From Chiloscyllium plagiosum (Eukaryota), in assembly GCF_004010195.1 (NCBI RefSeq), contig NW_025214709.1, forward strand, positions 1 to 33,408: 33,408 nt of DNA, given 5' to 3'. Position numbers and translations under genes: made by a program. Every line of letters starts with the position of its first letter. The stretch's first letter is position 1. A model generated the notes under the pieces. It saw only the letters and a program-made list of their open reading frames with translations, made no database searches and was not told where the DNA came from. Shown here piece by piece: positions 21,340 through 33,408 of the stretch.

Positions 21340-21547
21340 CTGCATCTCACCCCGTGATGTTCCTAATCTGGGAGTGTCTGGTGGAGACAGTGTCGAGGAA
21401 GCTTTACTCTGTACCTAACCCCATGCTATCCCTATTCTAGCAGTGTTTGATGGGGACAGTGCAGAAGGAGCTTACTTTGTATGTAATCCTGTGCTATACT
21501 TGTCCTGGGACATTTGATGGGGTTGTATAGAAAGAGGCTTGCTCTGC
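21340..21547. repeat. About three degenerate copies of a ~70-bp tandem unit
   Basis: Repeating GTGTTTGATGGGGACAGTG..GGAGCTTTACTCTGTA..TAACCCC..GCTAT. Confidence 0.65.
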
Positions 21548-22406
21548 TTGAAATGATTGGAGCTGCATTACTCAACAATATGGGAAGTGGACCTCAGATA
21601 GATAGGATAGTGAAGAAGACATGAGGCCTTCAGATCAGGACACCCACTCAAATATAAGGAATCCAATTCGCAGAGCCATTAAGACAGCCAAGAACCAATA
21701 CCGATCCAAACTAGAGACCCAGACAGACACCCGGCGACTATGGCAAAGACTGAATGACATCACAGCTTCTAAAAAGAGACAGTGCAAGATAGCAGAAGAT
21801 GACACATCCCTCCCAGATCATGTCAACGTCTTCTGTGATCGCTTTGAGCAGAATTTCTGCGGAGAGGTAACACCTATTCTGACAATTCCTGACGAACCTA
21901 TCCCAACAGTCACTGCATCAGAGGTCAGATCAGTTTTCCTTTGTGTGAATCCAAGGAAAGCAATGGGACCAGACGGAGTACCAGGCCATGGACTCAGAGC
22001 ATGTGCAGACCAACTGGCAGAGATCTTCTCGGATATCTTCAACCTCTCCCTGCAGCAGGCCACTGTCCCTGCCTGTTTCAAGAGGGCAAACATCATCCCT
22101 GTGCCTAAGGAGGCTCATGCAGCATGTCTCAATGACTACCGCCCAGTGGCCCTAACTTCGGTGGTCAGGAAGTGCTTTGAAATGCTGGTCATGGCATTAA
22201 ATCAACTCCAGCCTCCCCACTACTCTAGACCCACTCCAATTTGCCTATCGGACCAATAGATCCACGTCAGATGTCATATCACTTGCCCTTCACTCCTCCC
22301 TAGACCATCTTGACACCAAGAACAGCTACGTAAGAATCCTGATCATTGACTTCAGTTCAGCCTCCAACACTATTATCCCCTCGAGACTGATTACTAAACT
22401 TAGTGA

Positions 22407-22685
22407 TTAGATTAGATTTTTTAGATTAGATTACATTACAGTGTGGAAACAGGCCCTTCGGCCCAACAAGTCCACACCGCCCCGCCGAAGCGCAACCCAC
22501 CCATACCCCTACATTTACCCCTTACCTAACACTACAGGCAATTTAACATGGTCAATTCACCTGACCTGCACAACTTTTGGATTGTGGGAGGAAACCGGAG
22601 CACCCGGAGGAAACCCACGCAGACATGGGGAGAATGTGCAAACTCCACACAGTCAGTCGCCTGAGGTGGGAATTGAACCCGGGTC
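22407..22685 (-). mobile_element. Young HE1-like V-SINE inserted in Rex1; head lost in the gap
   Basis: (TTAGA)n tail, ACAGTGTGGAAACAGGCCCTTCGGCCCAAC, GGGAGGAAACCGGAGCACCCGGAGGAAACCCAC, GGAATTGAACCCGGGTC. Confidence 0.9.
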
Positions 22686-22813
22686 NNNNNNNNNNNNNNN
22701 NNNNNNNNNNNNNNNNNNNNNNNNNNNNNNNNNNNNNNNNNNNNNNNNNNNNNNNNNNNNNNNNNNNNNNNNNNNNNNNNNNNNNNNNNNNNNNNNNNNN
22801 NNNNNNNNNNNNN
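22686..22813. other. Assembly gap (128 N)
   Basis: Run of N. Confidence 0.98.
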
Positions 22814-23438
22814 ACTAATGCCATTTACAAGTTCGCTGATGACACCACCATTGTCGGTTGAATCTCAGATAGCGGCGAAACAGACTACAGGCGGGAGATG
22901 GAAGACCTGGAAAAATGGTGCACAACCTAGCTCTCAATGCCGGCAAAACCAAAGAACTCATTGACTTTCGGCGGGATGTTACTCATGCCCCTCTACACAT
23001 TAACAGCACAGAGGAGGAACGAGTGGAGAGTGTCAAGCTCCTGGGAGTGGTCATCTACAACAAGCTTTCTTGGACTCTCCATGTGGACGCACTGGTTACA
23101 AAGACCCAACAACGTCTCTTCTTCCTCAGGCAGCTGAGGAAATTTGGCATGATGACGAATACCCTCACCAACTTTTATAGGTGCGCCATCGAGAGCATTC
23201 TGTCTGGATGTATCACTACCTGGTGTGGCAACTGTACCATTTAAGATCAGAGACGGTTACAGTGGTGAACTCAGTCCGGACAATCACAATGGCCAACCTC
23301 ACATCTATAGAATCCATCTACCAGGCCCATTGTCAAGGAAGGCTGCCAGTAATCTCAAAGAACCATCCCACCCTGGCAATGTTTTTCTAACCTCTACCAT
23401 CAGGGAGAAGGTACAGAAGCCTGAACACACGCACCAGC

Positions 23439-23853
23439 CGGTTGGAGGGTTTGAGCTATAGGGAGAGGCTGAATAGGCTTGGATGCTGAGGGGTGACCTT
23501 ATAGAGGTTTATAAAATCATGAGGGTTATGGTTAGGGTAAATAGACAAGGTCTTTTCCCTGGGGTGGGGTAATCCAGAACTAGAGGGTATAGGTTTAGGG
23601 TGAGATAGGAAAGATTTAAAAGGGACTTAAGGGGCAACATTTTCATGCAAAGGGTGGTGCGTGTATGGAATAACCTGCCAGAGAAAGTTTGGTATAGTTA
23701 CAGCATTTAAAAGGCACCTGGATGGACATATGAATAGGGAGAGTTTAGAGGAATATGGGCCAAGTGCTGGTAAATGGGACCAAATTAATTTAGGGTATCT
23801 GGTTGGCATGGATGAGTTGGACTGAAGGGTCTGTTTCCATGCTGTAGATCTCT
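23439..23853 (+). mobile_element. CR1 (HER1-like) 3' end
   Basis: GGTTGGAGGGTTTGAGCTATAGGGAGAGGCTG..GGTGACCTTATAGAGGTTTATAAAATCATG..GAAGGGTCTGTTTCCATGCTGTA; same family as 25487-26569 and 31098-31942. Confidence 0.88.
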
Positions 23854-24484
23854 AATGTCATCTCTCGCTTTGATGACAAGTTAGAAAATTTTCTAGAGAG
23901 TCCTTCGCTATTGTTTAAATTTACTTTTGAAAATGATTATGTGAAGTCACAAGAGAACAGGCTGATTTGTTGCCCCATAATTTTCAGCTTGTTTCAGGAT
24001 TATATTTTTTCAATCTTATATAAAAGTTGAAGACAGACTATGCTGTGCGACTGTTCATTATATTTTCGTAGAAATCCATCTTGTTGTGTGCCTGGAGCTC
24101 CACTAAGACGGCTGGAAATGGGAAATACTCTGGGGATTTTAAGTTTCTGATCATCATGACGTCAAATATTCTCTTGAAATCCCTCTACTCCCTTTCTTGC
24201 CTGAAGGCACAGACTTTCCTGCCATGTGACAATTTTTGTTTGTGGTATGGGACTGTTAGAGCCAAGAGGATATTTGCTCTTGAGGTCCATATGCTCTCCT
24301 GAAATGGTGTCCATGTTAATGTCCTCCAGCATGGGGCAGACACTGATTCCCCACTGTGTCCCAACCTTCGGCTGAACTCTCTTCGCTGTGTTTGGTGGAG
24401 GCACTGAGGAAAATGGTCACAGCCATCTCTCCTAGCTCAGAAAGGGCAGGCTAACCTTTGTGAGATGGTGTGGCACACTTATAA

Positions 24485-24590
24485 AAACATTTCTGCATTT
24501 ATATAGCACACTACAGGATGCTGAAAAGCTCTTCACAGCCAGTGAAGTACTTCTTGAAGTGCGGTCGCTATTATAATCTGGGAAGCAAAC
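24485..24590 (-). mobile_element. DeuSINE 3' tail fragment
   Basis: TGCATTTATATAGCAC..CTTCACAGCCAGTGAAGTACTTCTTGAAGTG. Confidence 0.55.
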
Positions 24591-24677
24591 CTTTGAAGTT
24601 GCTAGTGAGTCCTAAATGCAGAAGTGAGCCTTTGTCAATAAGAAACTAATATCCAGTGGTTCTCATCCCCTTGAGCA

Positions 24678-25036
24678 GTGATCTAATCAAGCTGTTTCAT
24701 ATGCTGAGACGTTTGGATGTGCTAGACAGAGAGAAATGATTTGCTATGGTGCTGGCATTTATAAATAAGGGAATGGAACATTTTAAATTTTGAATTAGGC
24801 CATTCGGGGCTGAAGTAAGGAAACACATTCTAACCAAAAGGATTGTGGAAACCTGGAACTAATCTCCAAAATGTGTGCAAGCTGAGGGCCAATTGGAATT
24901 GTCAGGGTTGAGATTGACAGATTTTTGTTGAGTAAAGGTTATGTTTGAAAGGCCTGGAAAGGGTGTTAAGCTCCATGATCTGGCTGAGTGGCTAGGCAAG
25001 CCTGAAGGGCTGAGTGACTTCCTCCTGTTCCTATGT
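24678..25036 (+). mobile_element. Old CR1 3' end
   Basis: GTGATCTAAT..TAGACAGAGAGAAA..AGGAAACACATT..TGTGGAAACCTGGAACT..GAAGGGCTGAGTGACTTCCTCCTGTTCCTATG. Confidence 0.6.
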
Positions 25037-25486
25037 CACAACAAAATTTGAATTAGATCCCTTTTGCATTTTTACTTGCCCTGAAATCCAGATTCCCAGT
25101 GAATCTTTGGGCCTGAAATACCAGTGAGCGTTTCACTGACTTTCCAAAAGAAACCTGAATGACTCTGGTGCAGTTGCAGCTTCCCTCTGGCCACCAACTG
25201 CTTTGGGCATGTAAACAATCTGGGTTAGCGTTAGGCAATAAGGCAGGGTTATCAAACATGACAGAATTGAAATTATTAACATTTTTCATGTCAGTGCCAG
25301 GTTGGATGATTGTTGAGCCTGTCCAATTTTCACAACTACCCATCCCATAACAATCACAGTCCTGAGAGAGTCAAAGAATAACTACAATTCATATCTCTGT
25401 GATGCATTTAGTGGTGAAAAATATCCCAAGGGGCTTCATGGAGATGTTATCAAACAAAATGACAACAAGCCACATAAGGAGATGTA

Positions 25487-26569
25487 CAGTCATCGAGTCA
25501 TAGAGATGTACAGCACGGAAACAGACCCTTTGGACCAACCCGTCCATGCCAACCAAATATCCCAACTCAATCTAGTCCCACCTGACACACCTGGCCCATA
25601 TCCTTCCAAACCCTTCCTAGTCATACACCCATTCACATGCCTTTTAAATGTTGCAATTGTACCAGCCTCAACCATTTCCTCTGGCAGCTCGTTCCATACA
25701 CGTACCACCCTCTGTGTGAAAAAATTGAACCTTTGGTCTCTTTTATATCTTTCCCCTCTCACCCTAAACCTACGCCCTCTAGTTCTGGACTCCCCCTCCC
25801 CAGGGAAAAGACTTTGTTCCACACTCACTATCCATGCTCCTCATCATTTTATAAACTCTATAAAGTCACCCTTCAGCATCCGATGCTCCAGGGAAAACAG
25901 CCCCAGCCTGTTCAGCCTCTCCCTATAGCTCAAATCCTCCAACTCTGGCAACATCCATATCAATCTTTTCAAGTTTCACAACATCCTTCCGATAGGAAGG
26001 AGACCAGAATTGCATGCAATATTCCAAAAGTGGCCTAGCCAATGTCCTGTACAGCCGCAGCATGACCTCCCAACTCCTGTACTCAATTCTCTGACCAATA
26101 AAGGAAAGCATACCAAACACAGCCTTCACTATCCTATCTACCTGCGACTCCACTTTCAAGGAGCTATGAACCTGCACTCCAAGGTCTCTTTGTTCAGCAA
26201 CACTCCCTAGGATCTGACCATTAAGTGTATAAGTCCTGCTAAGATTTGCTTTCCCAAAATGCTGCACCTTGGGTTTATCTAAATTAAACTCCATCTGCCA
26301 CTCCTCAGTCCATTGGCCCATCTGATCAAGATCCCATTGTAAACTGAGGTAACCTTCTTTGCTATCCACCACTCCTCCAATTTTGGTGTCATCTGCAAAC
26401 TTACTAACTGTACCTCTTATGCTCACATCCAAATCATTTATGTAAATGACAAAAAGTAGTGGATCCAGCACCAATCCTTGTGGCACTCCACTGGTCACAG
26501 GCCTCCAGTCTGAAAAACATCCCTCCACCACCACCCTCTGTCTTCTACCTTTGAGCCAGTTCTGTATCC
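25487..26569 (-). mobile_element. Relatively young 5'-truncated CR1 (HER1-like), inserted into an L2-like fragment
   Basis: WIQNWLKGRRQRVVV..SGVPQGLVLDPLLFVIYINDLD..KFADDTKIGG..RPLLEYCMQFWSP; TCTATGAC-type tail. The flanks rejoin as CCACATAAGGAGAT|ATCAGGACA. Confidence 0.92.
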
Positions 26570-27013
26570 AGATATCAGGACAGAGAGCTATTAGAACATC
26601 TTCAAGGAGGAGGGAGAGACTGAGAGGAATAGGGAGGAATTTCCACATCCGAGGGACAGACAGCTGCATGCATGACCCTCAATGCAGGCTGTGAACCTTT
26701 ATCTCAGGCTCAGTCACAGTACTCAGGAAAGGAAGCGAAGAAGTTTAAGGAATTATTAAAGCATTTGACGTCACTGTCAAGCAGGGCAGATAAATCCTTT
26801 GTTTAATATTTCATGTATTAAAAAATGAGTTTGATGCAGAGCAAGGGATCATCTGTAATTCTCACAGAACTCAGAGGGTCTTTGTGAGAGAGACATCTGG
26901 CTCATAACCTCTATAATCCTGGAAGGAATTTCATAGACTGACCATCACTGAGAGTGCAGTGCCTTCAAATTCTGGTGAGGGATTACTTTTCACAGTTTTA
27001 CTCCCTGCCAAAA

Positions 27014-28110
27014 ACACTGACTCTCACTGGGGTACAGGGTCCCACACACACACTGACTCTCACTGGGGTACGGCATCCCACACACACACTGACTCTCACT
27101 GGGGTACAGGGTCCCACACACACACTGACTTTCACTGGGGTACGGCATCCCACACACACACTGACTCTCACTGGGGTACAGGGTCCCAAACACAAACTGA
27201 CTTTCACTGGGGTACGGCATCCCACATTCACACTGACTCTCACTGGTGTACGGGGTCCCATACACACACTGACTCTCACTGGGGTACGGTTCCCACATTC
27301 ACACTGACTCTCACTGGGGTACAGGGTCCCACACACACACTGACTCTCACTGGGGTACAGGGTCCCACACACAAACTGACTTTCACTGGGGTACGGCATT
27401 CCACACACACACTGACTCTCACTGGTGTACGGGGTCCCATACACACACTGACTCTCACTGGGGTACAGGGTCCCACACACACACTGACTTTCACTGGGGT
27501 ATGGGGTCCCACACACACACTGACTCTCACTGGGGTACAGGGTCCCACACACACACTGACTCTCACTGGGGTATGGGGTCCCACACACACACTGACTCTC
27601 ACTGGGGTACAGGGTCCCACACACACACTGACTCTCACTGGGGTATGGGTTCCCACACACACACTGACTCTCAATGGGGTACAGGGTCCCACTCACACAC
27701 TGACTCTCAATGGGGTACAGGTCCCACAAACACACTGACTCATGGGGTCTCACACACACTGAGTCTCACTGGGGTACAGGTCCCATACACACACGGACCC
27801 TCACTGTGGTTCCTACATACTGACTCTCACGAGGGTAAATATTCCACTCTCACTGACTCACTGGGATATGGCTCCCCCAGACTCTGAGTCTTACTGGGAT
27901 ATGGTTCCCTCATATACTGACTCTCACTCAGGTGAGGATCCCACACTCACTGATTCTCACTCGGATATGGCTCCCACACACTCTGACTCTCACTGGGATA
28001 CAAATCCCACACACACAATGACTCACTGGGTTATCGTTCCACACACACTGATAATCACTGGGGTACAGTTCCACACACATTTACTGTCACTGGGATACAG
28101 TCTCACACTC
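27014..28110. repeat. 36-bp minisatellite (CACTGACTCTCACTGGGGTACAGGGTCCCACACACA)
   Basis: About 20 homogeneous units, then about 10 progressively decayed units. Confidence 0.95.
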
Positions 28111-28545
28111 ACTATCCAGCACTTCACTCTGTTATTCTCCATGTGAAAGAAACACATTCATAGAATTATTCTTCCAGTCATGTGATCCTCATGATGCCTG
28201 AGTTCAATCCGTGAGTTGTGTTGAGATCTGAGTTAATGCAGACGGGTGTCAACAAGGGAATTATCTGAATGATTTAGAACCTGTTATTAAAAATCTCATA
28301 CAATCTGTCAGTGAATTATCAAAGATTAATACTGTCGTACTCACTGCTTGGCTGACAGTGGGCCCCTCAGGGACTGGCAGTGAGGCTACAGTGACGGATT
28401 GTTTGGACACATTCAGCAGTTTATAATCCTGTTCGGAGAACTTAACCTGTCTATATATTTTAAATTTATTTTTGTTCCTTCCCTTCTTTGGTTCTTCCCA
28501 TCAGTTACCCATCACTGGGTGAGACAGCAGGCAACAAGTTCAGAG

Positions 28546-28996
28546 ACATTTGCTACTCCTTTCTTTCTTGCTCTCTTTCCCTGTTATACTCTTGTCCTCT
28601 GGTTTCTCTCTGTCTCTTTCCTCCTTGCTCTCTCCTCTCTTTCCTTCCTGTTATATTCTGATTCTCCTGCACCTTTCTTTGCCTTTTTCTCTCTTCATTC
28701 ACACTGGCTGTTTATTCCCTCTTGCTCTTTCAAACTGTCTCTCTTTTTCTCTTCCTCACCTGTCTGCCTGACTTTCTTCCTCCCCTTTACTTTCTTTCTG
28801 TTCCTCCTTTTTCCAACAAATCTTTCACTCCCTCTCCTCTCCAATGGAATTTGTCTCCTTCCATTCATATGCATGTTTTTTTCTCTCCCTCTTTCTATGT
28901 CTGTTAGTTTATTTCTCTCTCCATTCTCTGTCTGTGTTTCTGTCACAATCACCTTTCTCTTTTACTCTTTCACTGCTCCCTTCCTGTCCTTCACAG
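28546..28996 (+). repeat. Polypyrimidine low-complexity tract ending in a strong CAG acceptor-like site
   Basis: C/T-rich; only one AG (28906) before TTCCTGTCCTTCACAG ending at 28996. Confidence 0.75.
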
Positions 28997-29178
28997 ATTG
29001 TCAAATCATTATCACAGATACCCTGGTTGGGTGTGTGTGTGTGTGTGTAAATGTGAATTTGGACTCTGATTGGGAACCTGTTAGAGGGGCAGTGGAGATT
29101 TTGTCTTATCCCTGATGCTTGTCCTGTTTTACATCAGTGTTTACTCTCCAGGAAAACAGCTTGTTTACTTTTGAGAAG

Positions 29179-30014
<836 letters not shown>

Positions 30015-30194
30015 TAGCCTCTGTGAATGGTTGTCATTCATCAGTATACACAGGTACTGCGGTGAATTGCTGTGGAAATCAAACTCCTGGACTGGATTGC
30101 CAAATGGACCAGCAAGTTAGTGAATTGTTGGAAATTTTTCTGCCAGTGAGGTCAGAGTATTGGTTGTTATTCCTCATGCCATTCTGAGTTTCAA

Positions 30195-32305
30195 AGTTTC
30201 AAGAACATTGTGGCGACAAGAGCACATCAAAGGCTGTGAATTCTGTGGTGAGTAACTCACCTTCTGACTTCCTAATTCCTGGGACTGGCAGCTTAATGTT
30301 CCAGGATACAAATCCTACAGGAAGAACAGAAAGGGAGGCAAAAGAGGAGGGGGAGTAGCGTTTTTGATAAGGGATAGCATTTCAGCTGTGCTGAGGGAGG
30401 ATATTCCCGAAAATAGATCCAGGAAAGTTAGTTGGGAAGAACTGAGAAATAAGGGATGATCACCTTATTGGGATTGTATTATAAACCCCTTAATAGTTAG
30501 TGGGAAATTGAGAAACAAACTGGTAAGGAGATCTCAGTTATCTGTAAGAAAAATAGGGTGGTTATGGTAGGGGATTTTAAGTTCCCAAGCACAGACTGAG
30601 ACTGCCATAGTATTAAGGGTTTAGATGGAGAGGAATTTGTTAAGTATGTACAAGACAATTTTACTGATTCAGTATGTGGATGTACCTACTAGAGAAGGTG
30701 CAAAACTTGACCTACTCTTGGGAAATAAGGCAGGGCAGGTGACTGAGGTGTCAGTGGGGGAGGACTTTGGGGCCAGCGACCATAATTCTATTCGTTTTAA
30801 TATCGTGATGGAAAAGGATAGACCAGATCTAAAAGTTGAAGTTCTAAATTGGAGAAAGGCCAATTTTAATGGTATTAGGCAAGAACTTTCAAAAGCTGAT
30901 TAGAGGCAGATGTTCACAGGTAAAGGGACGGGGGAGATACTAAACCAGTATTTTGCATCAGTATTTACTGTGGAAAAGGACATGGAAGATGTAGAATATA
31001 GGGAATTAGATAGTGACATCTTGAAAAATGTCCATATTACAGAGGAGGAAGTCTAGATGTCCTGAAATGCACAAAAGTGGATAAATCCCCAGGATCCGGG
31101 ATCTTGATCAGATGGGTCAATGGGCTGAGGAGTGGCAGATGGAGTTTAATTTAGATAAATGCGAGGTGCTGCACTTTGGGAAAGCAAATCTGAGCAGGAT
31201 TTACAAACTTAATGGTAAGGTCCTAGGGAGTGTTGCTGAACAAAGAAACCTTAGAGTGCAGGTTCATAGCTCCTTGAAAGTGGAGTTGCAGGTAGATAGG
31301 ATAGTGAAGAAGGCGTTTGGTATGCTTTCCTTTATTGGTCAGAGAATTGAGTACAGGAGTTGGGAGATCATGTTGCGGCTGTACAGGACATTGGTTAGGC
31401 CACTTTTGGAATATTGCATGCAATTCTGGTCTCCTTCCTATTGCAAGGATGTTGTGAAACTTGAAAAGATTCAGAAAAGATTTATATGGATGTTCCCAGG
31501 GTTGGAGGGGTTCAAGTATAGGGAGAGGTTGAATAGGTTGGGGCTGTTTCCCTGGAGCATCGGAGGCTGAGGGCGGTGACCTTATAGAGGTTTATAAAAT
31601 CATGAGGAGCATGGATAGGGTAAATAGACAAGGTTTTTTTCCTCGGTTGGGGGAGTCCAGAATTAGAGGGCAAAGGTTTAGGGTGAGAGGGCAAAGATAT
31701 AAAGGAAACCTAAGGGGCAACTTTTTCATGCAGAGGTGGTGCGTGTGTGGAATGGGCTGTCAGAGGCTAGTACAATTGCAACATTTATAAGGCATGTGGA
31801 TGAGTATACGAATAGGAAGGATTTGGAGGAATATGGGCCGGGTGCTGGCAAGTGAGACTAGATTGGGTTGGGATATCTGGTTGGCATGGACGAGTTGGAC
31901 CGAAGGGTCTGTTTCTGTGCTGTATGACTCTATGACTATGACTACCAGTAACAAGGCATAAATCAGGAGGGTGATGGAATACTCCCTGCTTGCTTGGATG
32001 GATGCAGCTTCAACAACACTCAAGATGCTTGGCACTGTCCAGGACATAACAGCCCAGCTGGTTGGCTCCACATCCACAAGTATCCACTACCACCACCTCG
32101 AAGAACAATGGCAGCAGATAAATGGGAACACCACCCCCTGCAAGTTCCCCACTGAGCCACTCACCATCCTGACTTGGAAATACTTTGCTGTTCCTTCATT
32201 GTTGATGGTTCAAACTCCTAGAACTACCTCTCTCCCCGTGTACCTATATCCCAAGGACTGCAGCGATTCAAGAAATGCTGACCCAGCCAGTGATGCCCTG
32301 AAAAA
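30195..32305 (+). mobile_element. 3' fragment of the 9391-12365 LINE family (30195-30280 and 31943-32305), split by a CR1
   Basis: GAGTAACTCACCTTCTGACT | ACAAGGCATAAATCAGGAGGGTGATGGAATACTC matches the contiguous sequence at 11800-11880. Confidence 0.75.
30281..31942 (+). mobile_element. CR1 (HER1-like) ORF2 with endonuclease, large internal deletions and an intact 3' end
   Basis: DWQLNVPGY..GGGVA, QYVDVPTREGAKLDLLLGN..GASDHNSIRF, VDKSPG joined to DLDQMGQWAEEWQMEFN..; tail CTATGACTCTATGACTATGAC. Confidence 0.92.
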
Positions 32306-33087
32306 TAACTCAGCATCTCCATACTGATTTAAGGTCCTCCTTTTTATATATTTAAGATATGGCTTTTAATCATTATTTGCTAACTTTTGCTAGTCCCCTT
32401 GGACACCTCCCCAAGTGCTTGTTCGTCCTGCATGATTCTGGCCAGTGAGCTTTGGCAGGCAGTTTGACCACAGAGGGCATCACAGGCGAAGTCCCATCTT
32501 ACCTTTTCTCTTACATGTTCTACAATTTGTTTAGGAATCAGGAGCAGTCTGATAGTGCCTACATTCTAACTCAACAAAACCTTCACTGTGTCTGGATGAT
32601 GGTCCTTCTCCGAATAGGACATGTGAAACATCTCGGAGGATTGGCCAGTTATCGGATTGAATATGTGACAATGAGAGGATTACTTCTCCTGCCCTTGAGC
32701 TGCCTTACTGCTGTCAAAACAGGATGTCTGCTAGCTGCCAGAGTGTGGGGGTGTCTGACACAAGGTCACGCTGACATGCTTGCAGCAGTGCTGTAGTTTT
32801 CCATACCTGTCTAAATCAGCTGTGTGTTAATCCTGTTGGGCTGGACAGGGAGGACATGGTGGTGGTGGTGGGGTTGTAAAACAGGGGTAGCAAGATCTCA
32901 CTAGTTCATTCACTTGTTCCTTGGAGTTTCTGAGGTGCGTCATCAAAGTCGAATGGTCACAGTGGGCTCAGGAATTATATCATGTCATACACACACTATT
33001 GCTCAGCCACATTAGGCTTAAGGCCCACCTGTAAGCCTCTGTTTTCACTTTGCCAGCCATCTTTTTCAAAAGAAGCAAAAATTAAGA

Positions 33088-33408
33088 CAAAATTGCATTT
33101 ATATAGCACCATTGACTACCTCACAATGCCCCAAAGCACTTCACTTTTGATGGGTTGCCACTGTAGGAATAAAAGAAATACAGGAACCAATGTGTACGCT
33201 GCAAAATAACTTGCACTAACAATACTGGACAAACGTAGACCCAACTCACAACAGTGTGGTGCTCCCTCAGCACAGACCCTCCGACAGGGCCCACTCCCTC
33301 AGCACTGACCCTCCGACAGTGCCCACTCCCTTAGCACTGACCCTCCGACAGCGCCCACTCCCTCAGCACTGACCCTGTGACAGTGCCCACTCCCTCAGCA
33401 CTGACCCT
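33088..33408 (-). mobile_element. Antisense DeuSINE tail followed by minisatellite array 3 (32-bp unit), truncated by the window end
   Basis: TTGCATTTATATAGCACC..CCCAAAGCACTT, then repeated CACTCCCTCAGCACTGACCCTCCGACAGTGCC from about 33255. Confidence 0.8.

Larger units (their letters stand above)
21640..23438 (+). mobile_element. Rex1/Babar-type non-LTR retrotransposon RT region, interrupted by a SINE and a gap
   Basis: PRKAMGPDGVPG..CADQLAEIFSDIFNLSL..IIPVPK..CLNDYRPVALTS, YKFADDTTIVG, QQRLFFLRQLRKFG..FYRCAIESILSGCITTW; frameshifted. Confidence 0.85.

Noticed and set aside
21621..23244. Intact or domesticated reverse transcriptase gene
   Set aside because: Frameshifts, stops and a SINE insertion; no LINE in the window has an intact ORF2.
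26954..28146. Long ORFs of up to 259 aa (HTDSHWGTGS, TLTLTGVQGP)
   Set aside because: Artefacts of a stop-poor 36-bp repeat.

Overview
This is eukaryotic, repeat-dense vertebrate DNA. The SINE/LINE content points to a cartilaginous fish, probably a shark (inference). The only host coding sequence I can support is two + strand exons of a small-conductance Ca2+-activated K+ channel (SK/KCNN; residues best match KCNN2, paralogue unproven). These are the pore exon 8612-8753 (...[15 protein letters not shown]...) and the S6/CaM-binding exon 29889-29999, separated by a 21.1-kb intron. The rest is intronic: HE1-like V-SINEs, DeuSINE-like SINEs, CR1, L2-like, Rex1/Babar and an unresolved APE-RT LINE, six minisatellite families, and two assembly gaps. 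Most notable: (i) a 145-bp insertion with a 13-bp target-site duplication carrying a minimal hammerhead-ribozyme core, plus two decayed relatives; (ii) a 708-nt AG-free zone with a candidate distant branch point before the S6 exon; (iii) closely related inverted CR1 copies bracketing that in-frame exon; (iv) a minisatellite apparently born inside a DeuSINE; (v) an ORF1-less LINE with a tRNA-like head. Repeat family names come from recalled consensus motifs, not database searches, and repeat boundaries are approximate.
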